Positions 36,801 to 48,800 of a stretch of 64,000 nt of DNA are shown in pieces. Under the pieces are notes generated by a model. The model made no database searches and was not told where the DNA came from. It worked only from the letters and a program-made list of their open reading frames with translations. Source of the DNA: Perkinsus olseni (lineage: Eukaryota); the NCBI GenBank assembly GCA_013115125.1, contig JABANN010000008.1:62001-126000 (forward strand), given 5' to 3'. The position numbers and the translations under genes are program-made. Position 1 is the stretch's first letter. Each line of letters opens with the position of its first letter.

Positions 36801-39800
36801 ACCATGGGTAGTAGCCTGTCCCTCCGCAACGTGGCTCGTCTTGGATCGTCCTTATCGATCCTTGAAGTAGCGCGACTCGGCAAGACCCTTTCCACGGTGG
36901 ATGCCACTGCGCTGGCCAGCTCCCTATCTCTGCGTGCCCACCTTCGCTTGGGCAGCGGGGTGTCAGTAATCAGTCAGGCTAGGATGGGCTCGCTAGTGAG
37001 CGTGCTGGCCCAGGCTGAGCTTGCTTCCAGTGTATCGCTGAGATCTTTCGCCCGGCTCGGCAGCAAGGTCTCGGTGTTGGACTATGTCCAGCTAGGCAGC
37101 GCTCTCTCGTTGCGGGCCATCGCCAAGTTCGGCAGCAGTCTATCTGTTCTCTCCTGGGTACGCTTCGGCTCCACGATGTCCATGCTCGACTCGCAGCTTC
37201 TCGGTAGTTCCCTATCCTTGCGGGACTTCGCTCGGTTCGGCAGCTGCATCTCCCTCCTCGGCACCGCTACGATCGGATCAGCTGTTTCTGCTCTCGACTT
37301 GGCAAGAGTCGGAGATCGACTCTCAGTGCTTGCCGAGGTTCATCTTGGCTCATCTCTGTCGTTGCGCTCATTCGCCCGCGTCGGCGGCAAGCTATCTGTC
37401 CTGGAACAACTGCACCTTGGCAGCTCTCTGAGTCTGCGGAGCATGTCCCGTCTGGGAAGCTCCTTCTCATTACAGTCCTTAGCAAGGCTCGGCTCCTGCA
37501 TGAGTGTCGTGGATGCCGCCACCCTCGGCTCCTCGGTCTCTATGAGGTCCTTCGCACGTTTCGGCTCGGTCGTGAGCGCTGCAGCGGCCTCCAGGCTCGG
37601 TGACTCTCTGTCAGTCCTCGATACTACCCTACTCGGCTCTGCACTGTCCCTCCGTGGCTTTGGAAGATTCGGCTCATCATTCTCAGTGGCGTCCACCGCT
37701 GCTTGCGGGGCGGCCTTATCGACCCTAGCCAGCGGTAATCTTGGCAGCGCCCTCTCACTTCGATCCTTCGCCAGACTCGGCAGTGCCTTCTCGGCAGCGG
37801 GTAAATCTCGGCTGGGTGGAGTCCTTTCGGTCTTCCAACAAGCCCAGATGAGTAGTTCGGTCTCGCTGCGTTCGTGTGTGCGGATCGGCAGTGACTTGTC
37901 CCTTCATGGGGTCACTCGTCTCGGCTCCGCCCTCAGCGTCTTTGATTCCGTCCACATCGGCAGCTCCTTCTCGCTGCGGGGCTACGCCAGATTTGGCTCG
38001 GCCTTCTCCATCGCTCATCTGAGTCGTCTTGGTGGCACCTTGTCTGCCTTCGAGATGGCCGTTCTCGGCAGCACCTTGTCGGTTCGAAGTCTCGCCAAGT
38101 TCGGTAGCCAACTGTCGCTCACTGGGGCCGGTCGCTTTGGCCTCTCGTGCTCCGTACTGGACTATCTCAATCTGGGCTCGTCCCTCTCACTGAGGAGCAG
38201 TGGTCGCCTTGGTAGTAACCTATCCTGCTACGGCTGGTCGAGGTTCAGCGGAAGTACCTCCGTCATGGACTTCATCACCGTTGGCAGTGCTCTCTCAGTC
38301 CGAGCGCAGCTTCGTCTTGGATCCGCTGTATCCGCCTTTAGCACCTCCCAGCTCGGAGCAGCTGTCTCGACCTTAGGCGCTGTGGCCCTAGGTAGCACCC
38401 TCTCTTTGCGAAGCTTCTCCCGCGTGGGCAGCTCTATGAGTACCTTCGGCGATGCCACGCTCGGCAGCGCCTTATCCGTGGTTTCTGCGGCTACTATAAG
38501 CTCAAGCATGTCGCTTCGGTCATTCGCTCGGCTCGGCAGCAAAGTCTCCTCCACCGACTTTATCAGCCTTGGTAGCTCGTTCTCTCTGCGGAACTTCGCA
38601 CGCTTTGGTGCCGAAGTGTCAGTCCATGCTGCATCTCGAGTAGCCGGGACCTTGTCAGCCCTCGACGCTGCCACTCTCGGCTCATCTCTGTCAGTAAGGA
38701 GCTTCAGCCGGTTCGGTGGTGCTGTCTCAGCCTTCGACTGCACAGTACTCAGCAGTACTCTGTCCCTTCGGGGTCTGGGCAGATTCGGTGGTGGAATTTC
38801 CATGTTCGATTTCGCCCAGCTTGGCAGCTCCCTCTCAGCCCGTTCTTTCGTCCGAGCTGGGGGAGCTCTATCGGTCTTCGGCCAAAGTCGCCTAAGCAGC
38901 CATCTGTCCGTCCTAGACTCAATCTCTCTAGGCTCATCACTATCACTGAGAGCATTCAGCCGGCTGGGGTCGTCCTGCTCGCTGCTCGGTGTTGGCGGGA
39001 TCGGATCCAGCCTCAGCGTCGTCGACCTCGTGACCCTGAGCAGCAGCTTGTCCCTGCGTGCCATTGCTAGGCTTGGATCTTCTTTGTCAGTTCAGTGCCG
39101 TGGCCGTTTCGGTGGGGACTTGTCGGTCGTTGAAGCCGCTGCAGTTGGCAGCTCGCTAAGTCTTCGCTCCTTTGCCAGAGTTGGCGGCGCCCTCTCTGTG
39201 GTTGGCAAGGCTCAGTTGGGCTCCTCCGCTTCGATATGCGGGTCCACTGTCATTGGTAGCTCCCTGTCTTCACGGAGCTTCATCCGCTTTGGAAGCTCGC
39301 AGTCACTTCTAGGCAGTGCACTGGTCGGCTCTTCCCTATCAGTAGTCGACTTGGCCGGCCTGGGCAGTTCACTGTCGCTCCGAACCTACGCAAGATTCGG
39401 CTCGTCAATCTCGGCTGTTGCTGGTGGCCGTATCGGCTCCTTGTCAGCACTCGACTTCGGCTTCCTCGGAAGCTCCCTGTCACTGCGCCACTTCGCTAGG
39501 ATAGGGAGTGCCGTGTCCCTGTTCGGCTCTGCCCGGCTGGGCTTCTCGACCTCTGTTCTGGACTTCGTCACCTGTGCGAGCTCCTGCTCAGTCCGCAAGT
39601 TCACGAGGCTGGGCAGTGCTTTGTCGGTGGTTGGCACAACCCAGATCGGCTCTATGTGCTCCGCACTGGATATCACCAGACTGGGTGCCGCCCTGAGTGT
39701 CTTGGGCGAAGCTTCCTGTGGCTCGTCCTTATCCCTGCGGTCCTTCTCCAGAGTTGGGGGTGCATTGTCCGCCCTCGGCTGCACAGTGCTCGGCAGCTCT

Positions 39801-42800
39801 CTGTCACTGCGGGCAGTTGCTCGCATGGGCAGCGCAGCCTCTGTGACGGGTGCATCACGATTCGGCTGCTCTCTTTCCGTCCTAGATCACATGACTCTGG
39901 GAAGCACGGTCTCGTTGAGGGCGGCGGCCCGGCTTGGGAGCACACTCTCGATCTCTTCTAGGTCTGCGCTCGGAGACCAGCTCTCGGTCTTCGACGCCAC
40001 ACACCTTGGCAGCTCCCTTTCACTGCAGCAGTTTGCCCGCTTCGGCGGTGTAATATCATCCTTCGAAGCTGTTTCCCTCGGATCAACGCTCTCACTGCGG
40101 TCACAAGCCAAGTTTGGGTCCACCTTCTCAATTGCCGGAGCCTCCCGCTTCTCTGGCCGAGTCTCGGTACTCGACACCGCTTCCCTGGGCAGCTGCCTCT
40201 CTCTCAGGGAGTTCGCTCGGCTCGGTGGCCAGTTGTCGGCGTACGGTACGACTAGACTCTGCGGTTCGCTTTCGGCTCTGTCACAAGCGTCCCTTGCAAG
40301 CAGCCTATCGTTGCGCTCGTTTGGGCGCCTCGGCAGCAACCTCTCAGTTCTGGACTTCAGCACTCTCGGCAGCTCCTTGTCGGTGAGGAGCATGGCTCGC
40401 ATCAGTGGATCGCTATCCGTCCTCGACTTCGCCGCCTTGGGCAGCTCGCTGTCTCTACGACACTTGGCACGGTTCGGCTCTGGGATATCCGTCCTGAAAG
40501 CAACCAGACTGGATGGTACCCTCTCGGTCCTCTCCAGTGCTTCCCTCGGCAGCTCTATTTCCTTCCGAGCCATGGCGCGGTTCGGTTCTTCTGTGAGCAT
40601 ACTCTCGCTCGGTCGTCTGAGCTCGTCCCTGTCCGTCCTAGACGCGGTCGTCCTCAGCTCGGCTCTGAGCTTAAGGCAGATGTGTCGCATTGGTAGTGGC
40701 CTAAGTTTGGTCGACATGTCCAGACTCGGTGCATCCCTCTCGGCCGTAGGAGCCGCGACGCTCGGCAGCTCGCTGTCCCTTCGCAGTCTTCTCCGGTTGG
40801 GAAGCGTAACTTCCGTGGTAGGAACGGCGCGGCTCTCGGCGTCCTTGTCAGTAGTGGACATGATGATCGTGGGGTCGGCTGTATCGATGCGAACCTTTGG
40901 CCGATTCGGAAGCGCCGTCTCGATGGTGGGAGCAGCCCTCGTTGGGGGCTCGCTCTCAGTGGTCGACTACACTCACCTCGCCAGCTCCATGTCCCTCAGA
41001 AGCTTCGCGAGGTTCGGATCTGCCATCAGCATCCTGGACCAGGGAAGTCTCGGTAGCTCTCTGTCTCTGACATCCTTTGCAAGGTTCGGCGACGCTTTGT
41101 CAGCGTTCGCAGCATCAACCCTGGGTTCTTCGCTCTCGGTTCGCTCTCTCTCACGACTCGGTAGTAAGCTCAGCGTAATCGACTACACTACCCTCGGCAG
41201 CGCGATATCTCTGCGAGCCTCGGCCCGACTCGGCAGCGGCCTCTCTGTTTACGCCGAGTCCCGTCTCACTTCGCTCAGCGTTTTCGACCACACCAACCTC
41301 GGTAGCTCCCTCTCTCTTAGGGGCTTCGCAAGGATCGGTTCCTGCGTGAGCGTGTCCGGTCAGCTCGTCGGCCTGACGCCCTTATCAGCGTGCGGTGCCG
41401 CTCAGCTAGGCTCTTCACTGTCAGTACGATCCTTCACAAGGCTGGGTAGTCAGCTGTCGCTCTCGGGCCTCGGCATCTTCGGGAGCACTCTGTCGGTCGT
41501 GCAGACTGCCTACTTTAACTCCTGTCTGTCGATGAGGTCCATGGCTCGGCTAGGGTCTACCTTCTCCATTCACGGCTTGGCTCGATTCGGCGACGCTCTC
41601 TCAGCAGTCGGTTTCGCAACCATCAGCTCTGCGGCATCACTGCGATCCTTCGCCCGTCTAGGCAGTGTCCTTTCGAGTGCCGGGGCGCTGTGGGCTGGCT
41701 CGACGATATCAGCGTACCAGAACGCTAACTTTGGCAGCAGTATGTCTCTTCGGTCATTCGCGAGACTCGGCGGCCACGTCACAGTACTCGACTACGCTTC
41801 CTTCGGCAGCTCACTATCCCTGCGAGCTTTCGCTCGTCTTGGAAGCTACACCTCGGTTACCGGTTGCGGCCGCGTCGGTGACTCTCTCTCTGCCCTCGGA
41901 TGGGGACGGCTGGGCTCCAGTTTGAGCGCAGTTGGGTATAGCAGCTTCGGTAGCGGTCTGTCCCTCCGAGCGATAGCCCGACTCGGCAGCTCTCTGTCAA
42001 CTGCTGGTCGCTCTCTGACCGGCGGGAGGTACTCCGTCCTGGACTACACGACTCTCGGCAGCTCCTTGTCACTGAGGGGCTTCATTCGTATGGGCTCTAC
42101 GGCATCAGTGTGTGAAGCTGCTCGCCTCGGCAGCAGCCTCTCAGTCGAGGCCTACAGCTACGTCAAGGCCACGATGTCCGTCCTGGATGGCACAGCTTTG
42201 GGCTCATCTCTCTCCCTCCGGTCGTTCGCCCGCCTGGGTAGCGGCGCGTCCATGTTGGGCTGCGTGCGGGTCGGATCATCCCTAAGTGCCCTCGGCATGA
42301 CTAGGCTGGGTAGCGCCATCTCGGTTCTCAGTTTCGTCAACCTAGGCTCTTCCCTTAGTGTACAGCGCTTCGGGCGCCTCGGGAGCAGCCTGTCCATCTT
42401 CGGCAGTGCTTGGGCAGGCTCTGTATCCACGCTCTCTTCAGTGTGGGTCGGCAGTGGTCTGTCCTGTAGGAGCTTCGTCCGCTTCGGCAGTAGTCTTTCT
42501 GCGCTGTCCAAGGTGCGCCTTGGATCAACTGTATCGGCCGTTGACGCGGCGGTGCTTGGTAGCTCGCTGTCCCTGCGCCAACTGATGAGGGTCGGTAGCA
42601 GCATCTCTGTCCTCGAGCGGTCGAGGCTGGGATCGGATCTCTCGGCAGTAGGCTATGCTCATCTGGGGTCATCGCTATCGCTGAGGAGCCTGGCCAGGCT
42701 TGGCAGCAAGCTCTCGGCCCTTGACTTCGCCTGCTTCGGCAGCTCGATATCCCTCAGAGCAGCTGCCCGCCTCGGGTCATCCGTGTCGGTCGCTGGAGGG

Positions 42801-45800
42801 GCCAGGCTGGGGAGCGCGCTGTCGGCCCTGGGCACCGCTAGAGTTGGAGACAAGATCTCAGTTCTTGACGGAGCATGGCTCGGTAGCAGCTGTTCTATGA
42901 GAGCATTCGCTCGACTGGGATCGAAGCTCTCTGTCACCGACTGCATCACTTTCGGCAGCTCCCTCTCCTTACGCAACTTCGCTCGGCTCGGCAGCGGGCT
43001 GTCGGTTCTCGGCTTAGCACGAGTTGGGTCGGCCTACAGCCTGTCAGTGATAGACCATGTCCAGCTGGCCAGCGCCCTGTCACTCAGAGGCTTTGCGCGT
43101 CTCGGCAGCACTGCGTCCCTCTTCGGTGCGGCTCGGCTCAGCGACTCTGTCTCAGTGATGTCGCAGGGGCACTTCGGTAGCTCCCTCAGTCTGCGCTCGT
43201 TCTCTCGGTTGGGAAGTCGAGCTTCGGTATACGATACGGCCAACTTTGGCAGTTCGCTTTCTCTTCGCTCCTTCGCTAGGCTTGGGAGCAATGCTTCAGT
43301 TTTAGGGCTCGCGCGAGTTGGCTCTCTATACTACCTCTCTACCGTAGCCTCTGCTGCTCTCGGCAGCGCCTTGTCCGTGAGAAGCTTCGCTCGGCTCGGG
43401 TCGGGCATATCAGTGCAGCAGCTCGCTAGGGTGGGGTCAGTGTACGACCTCTCGGTCATAGCACAGACCGACTTGGGCTCTTCGCTCTCTTTAAGGTCGT
43501 TCGCTCGTGCCGGCTGCAGCGTATCTGTACTGGACTTTGTCCACCTGGGTAGCAGTCTTTCTGTGAGATCAGCCGCCCGCCTCGGTAGCTCGCTCAGTGC
43601 AGTGTCGACTGTCAACTTGGGCGCTAGCCTGTCGGCCGCCGACTTCTCCTTGCTGGGGAGCTCCGTGTCTCTTAGGAGTTTTGCCAGACTGGGGTCCGGC
43701 TTGAGCGTTCTCGATGCAGCTCGGTTCGGCGATTCCCTTTCGGCTCTGGACTGCGTATCTCTAGGCTCCAGTCTTTCCCTAAGATCAGTGACTCGCTTTG
43801 GCAGCGCTATCTCCGTTACCTCCCTGGCTAGAGTAGGGTCGGTCTACGACCTTTCGGTCATAGCCAGCACTTCGCTCGGCAGCAGCCTGTCCCTGAGGAG
43901 CTTTGCTCGTCTTGCCAGCTCCGCATCGGTATTGGACTTCGCTACACTGGGCAGTAGCTTGTCGTTGCGGTCTTTATCGCGCATTGGTAGCGTTCTATCT
44001 GTATGTTCCAACACCCAGCTCGCAGCTGTGCTCTCGGTAGCATCGGAGGCTAACTTGGGGTCGTCCCTTTCTCTGAGATCGTTTGCTAGGCTAGCTAGCC
44101 AGCTCACTGTTCTCGACCACGCGTCCCTCGGCAGCGCCCTGTCACTCCGCGGCTTTGCCCGCTTCGGCAGTGGTATGTCAGTGACCGGCCTAGCCCGCAT
44201 CGGGTCAGTCTATAAGCTCTCTACCATTGATGCTACTTCGCTCGGTAGCGCTCTCTCTCTGAGGTCGTGCGGTCGGTTCGGGTCCCACCTGTCAGTCCTC
44301 GGCTGGGCTCGCCTGTCATCGTCCATGAGTCTCATCTCAGCTGCCTCCTTCGGGTCCACTCTATCTCTGCGAGGGATGGCAAGGCTCGGCAGCAATCTCA
44401 GCATAGTCGGTACGGCGGCTCTCGGCAGTTCTCTCTCCCTCCGCTCCTTCGTTCGCCTCGGCAGCGGTATGAGTGTGGCCTCGTTGGCGAGAGTGGGTTC
44501 AGTGTACAAGCTCTCGGTTATTGACGGTGCTGTAATGGGTAGTGCTATGTCGCTTCGGGCGGTAGCGCGACTTGGCAGCAGTCTCTCAGTACTGGGTCGT
44601 GCAACGATGAGCAGCAGCCTTTCCATTGCAGGACAAGCTGCTTTTGGCTCGTCTCTTTCTCTGCGATCTCTGTCGAGGCTTGGCAGCTACTCTACTGTTC
44701 TCGACTTCGTCGCCTTGGGCAGCTCTCTGTCCCTACGGTCGATGGCCCGCCTTGGCAGTGGACTGTCCGTCGCTGGTCTAGCCCGCGTCGGCTCTGTGTA
44801 TAAGCTATCAGCAATAGCGGCAGTCGGTATCGGCAGCTCGCTTTCCGTGAGAGGTTTCGCCAGACTTGGCAGCGGTATCTCGATCACCGGCCTGGTTCGG
44901 CTAGGCTCCCTCTACAAGCTCTCGGTCATCGCGGGGACCAGTCTCGCCTCTTCCCTCTCGCTAAGGTCCTTTGCCCGCCTCGGCAGCAAGTTGAGCGTTC
45001 TAGATGAGGTCAGCCTGAGCAGCTCTCTCAGCCTCCGTGCCGTGGGGCGGTTCGGTTCCGGTGTCTCTGTTCACGGCCTGGCTCGTCTAGGCTCTGTCTA
45101 CCAGCTTTCAGCCATCGCCTCGTCAACCTTCGGCAGTTCCCTTTCTCTGCGAAGCTTCGCTCGGCTAGGTAGCTCGCTGTCCACAGTGGGGTCAGCGGCG
45201 TTGGGTGGCTCCTTGTCTGTGATTGAGCAAGGCGAACTCGGATCATCGTTGTCACTGCGGAGCTTCGCCCGCATTGGCAGCAAGGCATCGCTCCTCGACT
45301 TCCTCGTCCTCGGCAGTAGCTTGTCAACCCGTGCCGTCCTGCGTCTCGGTAGCAGCGTGTCAGCCTTCGGCTCAGCATCCCTTGGGTCGAGTCTGTCAGC
45401 TATCAGCGCAGTCGGGCTGGGATCGAGCATTTCACTACGATCGTTCGCTCGAGTTGGCAGCAAGAGTACTGTCCTTGACTACACGCTTCTAGGCAGCTCT
45501 CTGTCACTTCGGTCCGTAGCCAGGCTCGGTAGTGGAGTCTCCGCCTACGGCCTGGCCCGTGTGGGCTCAGTCTACAAGGTGTCCGTCATTTCCTCTTCCC
45601 ACCTGGCCAGCTCCCTGTCCCTGAGGTCCTTCGCGAGGCTAGGCAGTAGCCTGTCCACCGTTGGACTGGTTAGGGTTGGCTCGCTCTATGAACTCTCGGT
45701 AATAGCGAGCGCGGCCTTTGGCTCATCGCTGTCTCTGCGGTCATTCGCTCACTTAGGCAGCACCGTGTCAGTCCTCGACTTCGCTGTTCTAGGGAGCTCG

Positions 45801-48800
45801 GTGTCTCTACGGAACTTCTGTCGGTGCGGTAGCGGCTTGTCGGCGGTCTCAGTAGCACGACTAGGAGAAGCTCTCTCTGTGCTCGATACCGTCTCTCTCG
45901 GCTCTGCGTTGTCACTACGCAGTGCAGCACGCTTCGGCAGTGGTCTGTCCGTCCTCGGAGTAGCTAGAGTCGGCTCAGTGTACAGGCTCTCGGTTATCAG
46001 CGACGCGTCGTTCGGCAGCTCGCTATCGTTGAGATCCTTCGCAAGGCTTGGCAGTGGCGTTTCGACAGCTGCCAGTGCCCGCTTGGCCGGTTCCCTAACC
46101 GTGCTGGATGCGACAACCCTCGGTAGCAGCCTGTCTGTCCGTGCATTCGCGCGGCTCAGTTCGGGCCTGTCGGTTGCTGCTCTCTGTCGTGTGGGCTCAG
46201 TCTACAAGCTCTCCGTTATAGCCTCGACTACCATGGGCTCCTCGTTATCGCTGCGTTCCTTCGCCCGCCTCGGTAGTGATGTGACCGCTCTTGACTTCGT
46301 CACGCTGGGTAGTGCCTTGTCCCTGCGAGACCTATTGCGGCTCGGCAGCACAGTATCAGCCCTAGGCGTCGGTACTCTTGGCGACAGCGTTAGTGTCCTC
46401 GGGCAGACTGCGCTGGGGTCTTCCCTCTCCCTGCGCTCCTTCGCGCGGCTGGCTAGTAAGCTCACTGTGATTGATGCGACCTCGCTCTCCAGTTCGCTGA
46501 GCTTGCGAGCATTCGCGAGGCTTGGTAGTGGGCTATCTGTTGTCGGACTGGCTAGAGTCGGCTCGGTGTACCAGCTATCTGTCATAGCATCCACTACCAT
46601 GGGCAGCTCCCTGTCTCTGCGTAACGTGGCCAGACTCGGCAGCAGCGTGTCCACTGTGGGGCTGGCGCGACTAGGGAGCAGTATCTCTGTGTTGGCCGAA
46701 GGAAGCTTTGGCTCCACGCTCTCGCTGAGGTCGTTTGCTCGTCTCAGCAGCGCCCTATCCGCGCTGGACTACACTACCCTTGGAAGCTCTCTCTCTGTCC
46801 GTAGCTTGGCTCGAGTGGGCAGCTCGCTCTCGGTTGTTCAATCGGCATCTCTCGGCAGCTCACTATCAACGGTATCCTCTTGCACGCTCGGGTCATCACT
46901 GTCGCTGCGGTCCTTCGCCCGTCTCGGTAGCTACAGCAGCGTCTTGGACTTTGTACGACTAGGCAGCTCACTCTCCGTCCGCGGAGCAGCTCGCCTCGGT
47001 AGTTCCCTCTCGGTCACCGGCCTCACCCGTGTCGGGTCACTATACTCCGTCTCTGTGATTGGTAGTGCAAGCCTGGCAAGCTCTCTATCGTTGAGGTCCT
47101 GCGCACGCCTCGGGAGCACCCTGTCAGTGCAGTCCCTCGCCCGGCTCAGCGAGTCCATCAGCCTGTTCGACTTCGGCCAGCTGGGCAGTACCCTCTCAGT
47201 GAGATCCTTCAGCAGAGTTGGTAGTCGTGCCAGTGTGCTTGCGGAGGTGGACCTTGGGTCCTCTCTGTCGCTAAGGTCCCTGGCACGATTCGGCAGCGGC
47301 GTCTCAGTGATCGGCCTAGCCCGCGTGGGTTCGGCGTACAAACTCTCCGTTATAGCATCCCAGCACCTGGCCAGCAGCCTTTCTCTAAGAAGCTTCGCTA
47401 GGCTAGGCAGCAGCCTGTCTACCACAGGCGCCGCTCAAGTCTCCGGCTCGCTGTCGGCCCTCGAGTACACCAGGCTAGGCTCAACGCTGTCAGTCGTGGA
47501 CTCCGTGCAGTTCGGATCGACCCTCTCCTTGAGGTCCTTCTCTAGACTCGGCAGCAAAGCCAGTGTGCTAGACTTCACCACTCTCGGCAGTTCTCTGTCG
47601 GTGCGGCAGTTCGCTCGTATCGGTAGCGGCCTCTCGGTTGTAGGACTTGCTCGTGTGGGTTCGGTCTACAAGCTCTCTGTTATAGCGGCGACTGCCTGTG
47701 CATCTTCCCTGTCTCTCCGCTCCTTTGCTCGCTTTGGCTCTGGCTTCAGTACCGTGTCCCAGACAGAGCTAGGATCGTCACTATCGTTACGGTCATTCGC
47801 AAGGCTCGGTAGTAAGCTCACCGTCTTGGACTACGCCACCTTCGGTAGTGCTGTGTCGATGCGAGACTTCGCTCGTCTCGGCAGTTCCCTGTCGATGGTG
47901 GGCACCATCAACGTCGGTTCTGCTCTGTCTACCATAGCCTCGGCTGCCCTCGGCGACTCCCTGTCAGTGCTTGCTGAGACGGAGCTCGGCTCGTCATTGT
48001 CTCTAAGGTCCTTCGCTCGGGTCGGTAGCAAGACGAGCGCGCTGGACTATGTGCTCCTCGCCAGCTCCCTCTCAGTGCGGACCATGGCTCGCTGTGGCAG
48101 CAGCATCTCGGTCCACGGCCTAGCTCGTCTGGGGTCTGTTTACGACCTCTCTATCATATCTGGCATGGCCCTAGGCAGCTCCCTCTCTCTGCGTTCCTTC
48201 GCCCGCATTGGCAGTGACGTTTCCCTGCACGGGCTCATCCAGGTGGGTCAGTCTCTCTCCGTGGTGGAGGAGGCGGCATTCGGATCGTCGCTCTCACTGA
48301 GAAGCTTCGCGAGGCTCGGCAGCAAGTTAACTGCTCTGGACTACACAACCCTCGGCAGCTCACTGTCCTTACGAGCAGCGATGAGGCTCGGCAGTTCCGT
48401 CTCTGCCGCTGAAGCTGCCACCGTTGGGTCCAGCATCTCCGTGCTCGGCATGACTTCTCTTGGCTCATCATTGTCACTGCGCAGCTTCGCCCGTTTCGGC
48501 AGCAAGACGAGCTTGGTCGACTGTACTGCTATCAGTTCATCACTATCTCTGAGGTCCTTCGCTCGTGCTGGCTCTAAGGTCAGTGTACTGGACTTCACCT
48601 CCCTGGGCAGCGCACTCTCCCTGGCTTCCTTTGGTCGCTTCGGCAGTACCATGAGTGTGTACTCCCAGTGTGGCATGGGCTCGTCCCTCTCTGCGCTGGG
48701 CGGGGCTGTTTTCGGCTCCAGCTTGTCGTTGAGGTCATTCGCTCGGCTCGGCAGCAAGTCAACAGTCATCGACTATGCGTGCCTGGGCAGCTCCCTCTCT

